64,000 nt of DNA from a virus (taxonomy: Duplodnaviria; Caudoviricetes), in IMG/VR virus record IMGVR_UViG_3300046170_000323. One strand, 5' to 3'. Of this stretch, positions 49,501-58,971 are shown in pieces. Position 1 is the first letter of the stretch, and every line of letters starts with the position of its first letter. A program made the position numbers and the translations under genes. A model generated the notes under the pieces. The model saw only the letters and a list, made by a program, of their open reading frames with translations, had not been told where the DNA came from and did not search any database.

Positions 49501-52500
49501 CACGTTTGTGCCATTTTCTTCAGCACCGTATTGCATATCCCAAGATACTGCATCAAGGATGTGAGAGATATCTCTTTCACACTTCGCAACATCATATGTT
49601 AGAGATGGATGAACGATTGCGATATATGCAGTTGTTTCTGCCTGTAAGAATGCTTTGTTTGCTTGCAGGTTTTCTCTTGCACGAATACCGTTTGAATATC
49701 CATCTGCAGACCAGATTGGTGTGGTGTTTGCATTTGGATTTGTCATCATATCAATGATTGATTCGAACCCTTGATCAAGTTGTTCTTCAAGAAGATATGT
49801 ATCATCGTACTTAGATAGTACTTTCTCTTCTTTGCGGATGATGCCTCTCAGTTTGTCTTTAACAAATCTTAGACCACCTACCAACTCACTGATCTGAGTT
49901 TCACGAGTACGAGTTGCACCTGCAGTTCCTGTCAAGTAAGAAGTTGCAGCCTGAACGAGTGGATACTCCTGACCAGTAAATGGTGTATTAGGTGAAGTCC
50001 ACTTGACCGCATCGATTAGGAAACCTGTGTCTCTGAAACACTTATCACCATCGTAAGTATAGTATGAATCATTCAAGAAGGCAACAGTTTCTTCAATCAA
50101 GAACTTACGGTTTGACTGAATTTGATCACGTGCAAATGTTCTAAGTGGAGTGTATGTTGGAGCATCTGCGACTGCAGGGATGTTTTCGTTTGTACGATCA
50201 TCCACAATATTTGCAATTACCAACATCAGATCCTGAACTCTCTGCGCAACCTGTGTAGATGTTGCAGTACCAGAGAAGTTCTGTGCAACAGTTTGATACT
50301 GTACATGTTTGATTGCGTCTGCAGTTGCACTTACGAATGTATGTGCACCAGCGTAACCACCTGCGTTGAATCCAGTCAAAGTAACAGTAGTTGCATCAAC
50401 TGATTTAACAGGCCATGGAGTCAAGTATGCTGGGTCTGGATAACCATCCCCTGCGACTGCACGTGGATGTGAAATCTGAACAGTAGATGCAGTAGCAGTG
50501 TTTACACACTCGAATGTGATACCTTCAGTTTCGAACCAGATGAAATCACCTTCTAGGATATCATGCGAACCAAGAGTCAGTACCATAGATCCTTCTACTG
50601 GATCGTAAGCAACATCAGTTGGAGTGTATGCACCTTCAAAGTGTGGTTCAATAACTGTTTCCAAAACAACTTTTTCTGCACGATCTGCGAGGTGGGTAAA
50701 TGCCGCCTGTGTTGCATCGTACTGATATTCTGGTAACAAGTTGATAGAGTTAATGAAGTACGCTTCTGCAGCCTTGACTGTTGCAGCGTTACCACCGTAG
50801 AGTACATCTTCAGAAACCGCATCGACCAAGTAACCAGTGTCACGAGTACATTTAGACTGTTGGAAACCAACACCGTTATATGTTGCGTTAATATACTCAG
50901 TTACTTCTGTCTGTAGTTTCTCTGTTAGACCATTGATAAGTTTAGTTGCAGTTTGGAACTCTTCTGCATATCCAGTGTTGCCTGGCCCAAACTCGAATGG
51001 TGAGAACTTCGAAGTTCTGTATGCCTGTTGTGGGCCACCAACGTTGTAAGAGATGAGACCACCTTGTGCACCATCGATACCACCAGAACCACCTTTAACA
51101 ACTGCTTCAAGTGCAGTAGAACCACCACCGACAATTGTACCTTTTGCAGCAGTCTGATAGAATGCAGTTCCAATATCGTTTGGTTCAATCTCTGCAGGGA
51201 GACGTAGTAGTGTATCTTCTTCAATAGAGTCAGAAACAATATTGACAAGATCTTCTACTCGTTGACCCATAAAGTCAGAGAAGTATTTCTTGATTGCACC
51301 AGTTGTTGCAGATACAAACCCATGTTCTTCTTCATAACCACCTGCATCACCCACATCTAGTGTGATAGTATTTGCAGTAGTCGCAAGAACACGAACTGGT
51401 TTTTCGTATACTGGATCAGTTGGACGTGGATGTATAATCTCTTGAACTGGTGAACCACAAGACAATGTGATTGACTCTGGATCAAAGATCATGTAATCAT
51501 CTTGTACAAAGTTGTGCGCTTCACCAAGATCGATAACCATGATACCAGAAATTGGATTGTATGTCACATCAGTTGGTGTGTATTCTACATTAGTCCAAGA
51601 TGTAGGAGTAACAGCATTACCAGTTGTAGGAGTAACAGTTTCGTTACGTGCAAGTTTCTTGGCAACGTTTGCAATATGCTGGAACGCTTCTGCAGTAATA
51701 TGTCTTTGTTCTACTGGAAGAACAGAAACTGCGTTTTCAAAATAAAGTCTTGCAACGTTGATAGATGCAACGTTTGAACCATGTTGGATATCATAAGATG
51801 CAGCGTCAACTAGAACTCCGACATCTCTTTCGCATTTTGCAACATCGTATGTGAACGATGGATACTCAACTGCCAACCATGCAGTGATTTCTGCCTGTAG
51901 GAATGCTTTGTTAGATTGAATGATACCACGAGTGTTCAATGCATCGTTAGACACATATGAGTCACCGAAGTTGATTACATCTGCGGCACTTGTACCGTTT
52001 GTTACGATATCGATAACTTCATCAAATGCAGCTTCAGAACGTGTCTGTGCAGTACCTGATATTTTCGCAGATACCTGTTGTTTCAACCATGTGAATGCAC
52101 CAACTGTTTCAGTTAACTGATCGTTAACAACTGTGTCTGCACCTTGAGTACCGATACGATAACCTTTACCCATGTAAACAGCGTTGTAGTTAGAACCAGT
52201 AAGAACGTCACGTTTTACTGCATCGATAAGGAACCCTGTATCTCTTTCACACTTCGCACTGTCATAAGTGAAGTAAGTGTTTGCAAGATATCCGACAACT
52301 TCATTTGCAAGGAAGTCACGGTTCGCTTGAAGTGTTTCGAATGCGTTTACTTCATCTACGTTTGCACGAAGTACCGCAACCGCATTATCTGCGACACGTA
52401 CGAATGTATGTGCACCACCAGTACCAACACCCACATTTACTTGGATTGTATTAATATCAGGCGTTGCAGTAATTGTCAACGGTTTTCTGTATGGTGGATC

Positions 52501-55500
52501 TGATGGACGTGGATGAGAGATCTCTGATAGGTTGTTGTCAGAACCACATGTGAATGTGAACGATCCTGGCATCAGTTCTACACGATCCCCTGCACTCAAA
52601 CCATGATTTGAAATAGTCAGAGTAAATACACCAGTTCCTACGGTGTATGCAACACCAGTTGGAGTCTTGAATTCTTCGATCATCGCTGGATCTGAGAATG
52701 TTACTACGTCATCACGTACCGCACCTTCTGTTGCACGTACGAATGTGTGTGCAGTACCATTTGCATAACCACCCACATTAATAGTGAATGTGGTTTCAGT
52801 TGCAGCCTTGATCTTAATTGGTTTCTTGTTCCACGGATCACTCAGACGAGGATATGCATGTTCAGTCTGATTACCATCCAACGCACATGTGAAGACGATA
52901 CTTTCTTGTTCCAGTGCAATGTACTGACCTACTTGTAGGTTATGGACACCGACTGTAACGACCATGTCACCAGTTGCAGTATCATAAGTTGCAGTGGTTG
53001 GAGTATAAGTCTTTTTACGTGTTTCGTTGTATACAGAAACTGAGTTTGGATCTGCCTTATAGAATGTATGGACACCAGTGTATCCACCTGCATCACCAGC
53101 ATTAACTGTGATTGTAGTAAGACCAACTGCAGTAATGTCAAGTGGTTTCTTGTAATTGTCTGTGTCACTACGTCTTGGATGTGAGATGACAACGTTATTG
53201 GCATCACAATAGAAACTAATAGACTCAGGCGCAAACATAACTTGATCATCAGTTGTCAGACTGTGAGTACCGATAGTGACAACCATTTCACCTGTCAAAG
53301 GATCGTATGTAGCATTCGTTGGAGTATAAGAACGACCAGAACCTTTCATGATATGAATGATTTCGTCGAATGCGTTCCCTGCAGTTCCGATTGCAAAGTT
53401 GTCATGTACCAAGTGATGTACTGAATCTACCTGTGCAGATACAAATGTGTGAACACCAGTATAACCATTTGCATCACCACTTTGGAATGTGATAGATGTC
53501 GCATCCGCTGCAGTGACAACGAATGGTTTGTTATAATTTGGATCCGTTGGGTTTGGATGTGAGTCCGTACCAATGACAGCAGTACTGGTATTTGCACATG
53601 AGAATGTAATCGCTTCTGGTGCAAGTTTGATAGAGTCACCTACTTCGATATCATGTGTACCAAGTGTAAGTGTAGTAATACCACTTAGTGGATCGTATGT
53701 TGCATCAGTAGGCGTATACTTCGCCTGTGTCATATCTGCAACAAGACCTTTAAGTTCCGACACCGCACCGACTGTTTCAGGCAACTGATCTCCGACTACT
53801 TCAGATGCAGTACCTGCGTAGTAACCAACACCTGTCTGTACAGAGTTCCAGTTGGTTCCCAACATCATGTCTTGTTGTACTGCAGGCAAGATGTACTGTT
53901 GAACATCTCTCTCACATTTTGCACTGTCGTAGATGAAGAAGTTGTTGTCAATCCAACCCATCATATAGTCTTGGATGTACTTCTTGTTAGCCTGTAATTG
54001 TTTACGTGCATTTTTCTTGTTCGCATCAATACCAACATCGTCAGAGAATAGAATTCCCTTACCGATAACTTGTACAGCGTTTTCAAGTGCACCTGTGAAA
54101 CTATGCGCTCCAGTATAACCACCTGCATCACCTGAGTTGAATGTGATGGTATATGGAGTAATAGATGTTACCTGTAGAGCATTCTTAAACCATTTGTCTG
54201 CTGGACGTGGATGTGAAATAGACACCAACTGAAGTGTAGTAGTATTCGCACACTGATATGTCAAACCGCCTGGAGCAATCTCAATTAAGTCACCCGCTTC
54301 GATTCTGTGGATATCATCGAATGTCACAACAGTCACACCTGTAGCAGGATCATATGTAGATCCAACTGGAGTGTAGCAGTTTTCTGCAAGACGAATACAA
54401 TCTGCATCTGCAGACTTGAAGTAATGGATGTTTGTGTATCCACCAGCATTACCAACTTGAAGGACGATAGTTGTCTCTGTTACTTCAAGGATTGAAATCG
54501 GTTTCATGAATGCAGGGTCTGTAGCACGTGGATGAGTGATCTCACCATCTTTACCAGACAATCCACACTCAAATGTGATTGATTCTTTTTCGAGGATGAT
54601 CTTCTGATCTACATGGAGACGGTGTTGACCGATTTCAACTTCCATGATACCAGAGATTGGATCATACTCTACGAATGTAGGTGTATATGTTTTACGTTTT
54701 TCTTCCAATGCATCAATGATATTATCGAATGCAGAGTCAGAACGAATTGCACCAATGAACGAGTTCGCATCGATGATTTCATTTGTTTGTTCTTTTAGTC
54801 TCTTATATGCAGCGACTGTTTCGTCACGTTGGTTGTTGATAACCTTTGCAGCAGCGTTCATATAGTACGCATTACCTGCAGTGACAGAGTTGTAGTTCGT
54901 ATCCAACATTAGATCTTGTGCTACTGCAGGCAAGATGTAATCTTGTGTATCACGACGACACGCAATAGAATTGTATGCGAAGAACTCGTCGTTATCTTCG
55001 ATCCAATCGATTAATTCGTTTTCAATAAATTTACGGTTGTCTTGAATCTGTTTACGTGCATTGGTATATGCAGTTGCAGTTTCGTTGTTTCCAACTTCTG
55101 TGAATACAATAGGAGATGCATACTCTTCACCGTTCTCAAGAATGTTCAAGAGTTCGTCATAAGAAGTATTTGCACGTTCTAGAATTTCAGTATTCGCATT
55201 CGCAAAGATAGTCCCTAGACGACCTTGCAGATATCTGTTTGCACCAGCAGTCTCTTCCAACTGTTCGCCAGGCACAACATAAGAAATTGGTGAACGATAA
55301 GTGATACCAGACAAACGACCCCAATAGTTTGAACCAGTCTGAATGTCTTGTGACAGTTTGTCAAGAATGATACCAGTATCACGATAACATTTCTCTGCGT
55401 CATAACCTTGATATCCAAGTCCACCAGAAGAGGTGTTGGATGTAAGGTAATCGACCATGTCATCAATGATGTTATTGGCGTTCTGAAGAATTGAATCACC

Positions 55501-57804
55501 GAAGGCAGTATTACCACCTGCGTTTAAATCAATCTGTATAGTAGTGTCTCTTGGTGCATAGAACTGTGTAGTTCCTTTTGCCCTCATAGAGATGTCACCA
55601 AACTGTGTACCTGAGTTGTTGAGTGTAACCTGTCCACCATTCAATGCGTAGAACGCACAACGTGTGAAGATTGACAATGAACCAATACCGTTAACACCAG
55701 CACCATCACGTGCAACGTAACCGATACCGTTCTGTGTACGAGGTGTAAAACCAAATGTCAATAGGTAAGTGTAGAGTGAGTCTGGATCAAGAACACGTCT
55801 GTCTGCAAGCACACAACCACCACCACGTCCCACAAGTGGGTTCGGGAAGTCGTCAATACCGATGACTGCAATGTTACCTGTACCACCTGATTCTGAGATG
55901 ATTGTATCACCTATGTTGATTTCACCTTTTAGGTTACGAACGTAGACACGGTCATCTGTTGCAACATCTGCATCCCAAGATACAAAACCAACTGCACCTG
56001 AACCAAATACAATCTCATCACCTTCAGAGAATGTGCCTGAGTGACCAACTTCCATATAGATTTCACGTCCAAGGTCTGCGAGAGTACCTTTAGAGTTAAA
56101 TGGTTGTAGTGGTGGTTCAACATCTGCACGAAGGAAGTTTGACAACTGAGAGGAGTCACGAATGTATGGAGATCTTCTTAGTTTAGCGCCAGGACGATAT
56201 GCAATCGCAAATCCACCTTCTGGGAAATCGAAGTTATCAACTTTCCAGTTTGTGTATGAGAAACCTTGTACGTAACAACCAGAACCTACGAGAACTGCGT
56301 TTTCGAATTCATAGCCAGGCAACGCTTCGATCACTGTTGCATACTGACCAGAAGTAGATGTCAACGAACAATCATCTGGAAGGGCGATACCACCTTTTGT
56401 GTAGTATGTGCCAGGCCCACATGAGATGTGAACCGCATTGTTTACATCGTTACGTGAATAAACTCCACCCGCTTTTTCTAATGCGAGTTCTGCAGCACGT
56501 TCTAGTGTACGAACTGGTTGAAGGACTGTGCCAGGATTTCTGTCATCACCAGAAGACGCTTCAACGTGTACCTTAAGTGCCTTTGCAGTAGTCTTAGAAA
56601 TCTCATCAAAGAACTGACGATATGTGATACGTTCTGTCTCACCAGTCTTAACATTCTTAAGAGCGAACCAAGAGTTTTCATCAATCTTTGGTTCGAACTG
56701 GTTGTCGAGTTCCATGTCGAAGTCGACAAGATCTGGACGGTTGATTGTCGCATCATTGATTGCAGCATCTTCAATCTTACCACCAGTCATAGTGGATTCG
56801 GAGATACCTGTGTTTGACATTGAAGAAGATTCGATGGTTGCATCAACCAACGAGATGTCTGACAACTCACCAGTGAAGGTAGAGTTGGCAATCACTGAGT
56901 CTTTGATAAGACTATCTTCAAGTGTCGTGTTTGTAAATACGTTATTGTTACCAGTACCGTCTGAGAAATCAGAGTCGATAATGGTCATGGTATTCGCAGT
57001 AGAGTTTGCAAGTGCACCATTGACAAAGGTAGAAGAGTCAATGTCAACGTTATTCGCAGTGGAGTCAGTAATTTCACCAGTAGTGAAAGTTGAGTTCGTC
57101 ATTGCAACGTTGTTTGCAGTACTATCGAATATACCACCGTCTGTGAATGTAGACGATGTGATTGCAATATTGTTGGCAACCGAATCTCTAATGATACCCT
57201 GATTAAACTCAGAATTGTCTAGGACAATGTTATTACCAGTGCTGTCTGCGAGAGTACCGTTCTCAAAAGAAGAGTCGGTAATCGAGATATTGTTTGCAGT
57301 AGAATCAAATATTGCACCATTAGAAAATGTTGATTCAGTGATTTCTACATTGTTCGCCGTCGAATCAGTAATAGTTGAATCATCAATCGTAGAGTTTACG
57401 AGAGTAACATTATTACCGAAGACGGTATCCATTGTACCGTTATCGAAACTAGAGAATGTGATTGTTAGGTTGTTGGCGTTTGAGTCACGTAGATCACCAT
57501 CATGGAACAGAGAGGCATCAATGTCAACACGATTTACATCTGTATCATTGATTGTACCACGATTATATTCGTTATCGTTCATGATGTTGTTATTCATCAC
57601 GTTTTCGAATATAGTTGTACCAGAGATCTTACCACCAGTAATGGTGATTCGGTCAAATATTTCGTACTGGATCGCCTGAACCAGCTCTTTTCTGGTTATA
57701 TTCTTTGTACCGTCATCACCTTGTACGAGGTTAACGATGACGAATAAGTCTTCCGTCCTCGTATTGGCGCCGGTAATCGAACCTAATTCAGAAATTTTTG
57801 ACAT
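46510..57804 (-). CDS. Giant virion structural repeat protein (3764 aa)
   Basis: N-terminal DSTANN..IT.S.F repeats; beta-helix-like region; 11 copies of YxxxKCxRDxG..DA; 9 copies of TP(T)xxTYDPxTG...C...HPR...HxF. Confidence 0.85.
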   Translation of the reverse strand: MSKISELGSITGANTRTEDLFVIVNLVQGDDGTKNITRKELVQAIQYEIFDRITITGGKISGTTIFENVMNNNIMNDNEYNRGTINDTDVNRVDIDASLFHDGDLRDSNANNLTITFSSFDNGTMDTVFGNNVTLVNSTIDDSTITDSTANNVEITESTFSNGAIFDSTANNISITDSSFENGTLADSTGNNIVLDNSEFNQGIIRDSVANNIAITSSTFTDGGIFDSTANNVAMTNSTFTTGEITDSTANNVDIDSSTFVNGALANSTANTMTIIDSDFSDGTGNNNVFTNTTLEDSLIKDSVIANSTFTGELSDISLVDATIESSSMSNTGISESTMTGGKIEDAAINDATINRPDLVDFDMELDNQFEPKIDENSWFALKNVKTGETERITYRQFFDEISKTTAKALKVHVEASSGDDRNPGTVLQPVRTLERAAELALEKAGGVYSRNDVNNAVHISCGPGTYYTKGGIALPDDCSLTSTSGQYATVIEALPGYEFENAVLVGSGCYVQGFSYTNWKVDNFDFPEGGFAIAYRPGAKLRRSPYIRDSSQLSNFLRADVEPPLQPFNSKGTLADLGREIYMEVGHSGTFSEGDEIVFGSGAVGFVSWDADVATDDRVYVRNLKGEINIGDTIISESGGTGNIAVIGIDDFPNPLVGRGGGCVLADRRVLDPDSLYTYLLTFGFTPRTQNGIGYVARDGAGVNGIGSLSIFTRCAFYALNGGQVTLNNSGTQFGDISMRAKGTTQFYAPRDTTIQIDLNAGGNTAFGDSILQNANNIIDDMVDYLTSNTSSGGLGYQGYDAEKCYRDTGIILDKLSQDIQTGSNYWGRLSGITYRSPISYVVPGEQLEETAGANRYLQGRLGTIFANANTEILERANTSYDELLNILENGEEYASPIVFTEVGNNETATAYTNARKQIQDNRKFIENELIDWIEDNDEFFAYNSIACRRDTQDYILPAVAQDLMLDTNYNSVTAGNAYYMNAAAKVINNQRDETVAAYKRLKEQTNEIIDANSFIGAIRSDSAFDNIIDALEEKRKTYTPTFVEYDPISGIMEVEIGQHRLHVDQKIILEKESITFECGLSGKDGEITHPRATDPAFMKPISILEVTETTIVLQVGNAGGYTNIHYFKSADADCIRLAENCYTPVGSTYDPATGVTVVTFDDIHRIEAGDLIEIAPGGLTYQCANTTTLQLVSISHPRPADKWFKNALQVTSITPYTITFNSGDAGGYTGAHSFTGALENAVQVIGKGILFSDDVGIDANKKNARKQLQANKKYIQDYMMGWIDNNFFIYDSAKCERDVQQYILPAVQQDMMLGTNWNSVQTGVGYYAGTASEVVGDQLPETVGAVSELKGLVADMTQAKYTPTDATYDPLSGITTLTLGTHDIEVGDSIKLAPEAITFSCANTSTAVIGTDSHPNPTDPNYNKPFVVTAADATSITFQSGDANGYTGVHTFVSAQVDSVHHLVHDNFAIGTAGNAFDEIIHIMKGSGRSYTPTNATYDPLTGEMVVTIGTHSLTTDDQVMFAPESISFYCDANNVVISHPRRSDTDNYKKPLDITAVGLTTITVNAGDAGGYTGVHTFYKADPNSVSVYNETRKKTYTPTTATYDTATGDMVVTVGVHNLQVGQYIALEQESIVFTCALDGNQTEHAYPRLSDPWNKKPIKIKAATETTFTINVGGYANGTAHTFVRATEGAVRDDVVTFSDPAMIEEFKTPTGVAYTVGTGVFTLTISNHGLSAGDRVELMPGSFTFTCGSDNNLSEISHPRPSDPPYRKPLTITATPDINTIQVNVGVGTGGAHTFVRVADNAVAVLRANVDEVNAFETLQANRDFLANEVVGYLANTYFTYDSAKCERDTGFLIDAVKRDVLTGSNYNAVYMGKGYRIGTQGADTVVNDQLTETVGAFTWLKQQVSAKISGTAQTRSEAAFDEVIDIVTNGTSAADVINFGDSYVSNDALNTRGIIQSNKAFLQAEITAWLAVEYPSFTYDVAKCERDVGVLVDAASYDIQHGSNVASINVARLYFENAVSVLPVEQRHITAEAFQHIANVAKKLARNETVTPTTGNAVTPTSWTNVEYTPTDVTYNPISGIMVIDLGEAHNFVQDDYMIFDPESITLSCGSPVQEIIHPRPTDPVYEKPVRVLATTANTITLDVGDAGGYEEEHGFVSATTGAIKKYFSDFMGQRVEDLVNIVSDSIEEDTLLRLPAEIEPNDIGTAFYQTAAKGTIVGGGSTALEAVVKGGSGGIDGAQGGLISYNVGGPQQAYRTSKFSPFEFGPGNTGYAEEFQTATKLINGLTEKLQTEVTEYINATYNGVGFQQSKCTRDTGYLVDAVSEDVLYGGNAATVKAAEAYFINSINLLPEYQYDATQAAFTHLADRAEKVVLETVIEPHFEGAYTPTDVAYDPVEGSMVLTLGSHDILEGDFIWFETEGITFECVNTATASTVQISHPRAVAGDGYPDPAYLTPWPVKSVDATTVTLTGFNAGGYAGAHTFVSATADAIKHVQYQTVAQNFSGTATSTQVAQRVQDLMLVIANIVDDRTNENIPAVADAPTYTPLRTFARDQIQSNRKFLIEETVAFLNDSYYTYDGDKCFRDTGFLIDAVKWTSPNTPFTGQEYPLVQAATSYLTGTAGATRTRETQISELVGGLRFVKDKLRGIIRKEEKVLSKYDDTYLLEEQLDQGFESIIDMMTNPNANTTPIWSADGYSNGIRARENLQANKAFLQAETTAYIAIVHPSLTYDVAKCERDISHILDAVSWDMQYGAEENGTNVMTVNNARLYFENAVSVLPADQRGPTADVFQHIATMADNIVRLIGVSKTAGNALDPVTSGLTATSTAHGTKVEELIEIIANAVLADDGIDGLPAMVDNSVFLKSTYPSGGVMYDIIEREKGTMQSAINTYIADNYNGLAYSESKCRRDLGYIIDGISHDLQYDGNWATHKNAEIYFENAINTLPKDQRDPTRRAFMHLGKTMETVLQRLPVEPTISNRFGARFTPTTATYDPLTGIFTAEVGPHALKVGDAIWMADESIVMSCDMGSGAVNHSSPAAHHPYFRKPCPITGVTRTSITMNVGTGGTGNYPHTFVSAEVDALVQVIGNHIPQDFRHLPAVYPERTDLKGEAMKLANMIADAALAEDPSGIPARVSPDTSWVPSNIIASKNLISDISDELATKVVDYVSREWDGLSFPRGKCRRDMGFLVDAASHDVQYETNYASRISAQIYFENGVSVLPEDTRRQTADVYRTMKLLMSNIVQEIDTTNTSITTTAQDISGDPATPTEGTEVVNLIGIVEDVIREDSVAAIPALQEANTAWVSSDLVGANKLIEDNKVELADKLIEFINTEFNVLDYNKSKCRRDVGYLLDAFSYDLNYGGNSASRWNADFYFWNSVYRIPEDQREATAKSYRELGRICKKIVTGDYKGQSLKYDTATEVEANKVEGLANMFYLTQINKDTKELQTLIEPNYDWVEKPFRDAKEVILKKRGPLQYDVVRFVNATYNFVDINLTRRDAGNLLQTIVNDIKFTNPNTGQQGSTKATRTFSQSFFDQKGQQVFPVFNATTPGLRFMGTVADISARNALQSDPNLTLKPNMAWIVSDDANINFYQGTIYYWNGGAWVDDGQNNTDLLYAFYKTWDRMRDFIIANYSPDGAHSAFITALFDDCLKGNVLRPDVLTFGSLVESIAHQFNGGAAGVNRTALPLNFRNLGPATSAISSVLSEDGGRVRWSGADELNNQYFARGLRINGRTGRIEGRPFTSSVRKLARRASNSRAAVV

Positions 57805-57856
57805 TATAGTCTACCTTTAGAATTTGTTTTCTTTTTATTTATTAAAGACCATCATA

Positions 57857-58777
57857 TCAATCTTTGGATTTTTCTTCCAGAGCTTCCACCTTATCATTTA
57901 ATTCTTTAATTGCTTGAATAAGCAATGGAATAATGTTATCATAACGAACCGCCAAATGACCTTGTTCATCCATTGGGAAGGTGACGTTGGGTAGAACCTT
58001 CTCTACCTCTTGGGCAATGACCCCTGCAACTCTTTCCTCTGGTTTGTTGATGTAGTTAAAAGTATAACCATTAATCTGTTCTACTTTATCTATTGCACCA
58101 TCGATTACTTCAATGTTATCCTTGAGTCGAATGTCTGAAGCATTGTATGCGGTAACAACATCACCAGTGAAGTAACCATCACCGAGCACCGTTAAATTAC
58201 CGTCTATTTCTGTATCCCCATCGAACACAAGAGCTCCGCCTGGCCCACTGAATGTTCCTGAGTATGATATGTTGTTTGCGTATAAATCGTCTGTGGTTAC
58301 ATCATTTTGGAATATTGCATTGTTACCTGCGTAGTCTGGTGCAGTAACAGTACCTGATGGAGAGATCTTAAACTTTCTGTCACCAGTACCAGTATCTATA
58401 ATGAAATGCGCTTGGGATGAATCTTCCATCCCGATATCCCAAGAAATATTTCCATCAGTATATCTTGTTCTACCACCGCCTGCACCGAAAGTGAAGGTTG
58501 AACAAATTGCATCTGCTAGTGCGTTGTGAATAGAAGGAGAACCAAGAGTAATACTTCCACCGTTTGTATCTGACTCAATATAATCAGTTGCGACATTTGC
58601 AGTTACTAACCCTGCAGTGAAGTTACCTAAGAGAGTTGCATTACCAGTCGTTGTGTCACCACTCGCCGAGGCAGTCATCGCTTCAGAACGAATGATACCA
58701 GTTAATTCATTTGTCTTATCAAACCAGTTCTGGAAGGTTTGGGTTACCGTAATATCGGCTATCGATGGTTTTGCCAT
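57857..58777 (-). CDS. Short fibre/baseplate connector-like protein with S74 chaperone
   Basis: N-terminus TQTFQNWFDKTNEL; C-terminus SDIRLKDNI...GVIAQEVEKVLP...LAVRYDNIIPLLIQAIKEL. Confidence 0.8.
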   Translation of the reverse strand: MAKPSIADITVTQTFQNWFDKTNELTGIIRSEAMTASASGDTTTGNATLLGNFTAGLVTANVATDYIESDTNGGSITLGSPSIHNALADAICSTFTFGAGGGRTRYTDGNISWDIGMEDSSQAHFIIDTGTGDRKFKISPSGTVTAPDYAGNNAIFQNDVTTDDLYANNISYSGTFSGPGGALVFDGDTEIDGNLTVLGDGYFTGDVVTAYNASDIRLKDNIEVIDGAIDKVEQINGYTFNYINKPEERVAGVIAQEVEKVLPNVTFPMDEQGHLAVRYDNIIPLLIQAIKELNDKVEALEEKSKD

Positions 58778-58971
58778 TACTTATTTTCCAATTTTTCTAT
58801 TTTTTCGCACATACGTACAAGAGTTTCTTGTATTTCTAATACATCTGTCTGAAGTTTATCAATCTTGCGATAATAAAGTCTTTCCATTTTATATTTATGC
58901 AGGGCCTGCGCATCCGTATTCAAAATCGCATTCGAGTGTTTGTCCCTTCTGATAGATGCTGGAGAACTCAT
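58777..58971 (-). CDS. Small coiled-coil protein
   Basis: IRRDKHSNAILNTD...; 64 aa, coupled to both neighbours. Confidence 0.7.
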   Translation of the reverse strand: MSSPASIRRDKHSNAILNTDAQALHKYKMERLYYRKIDKLQTDVLEIQETLVRMCEKIEKLENK

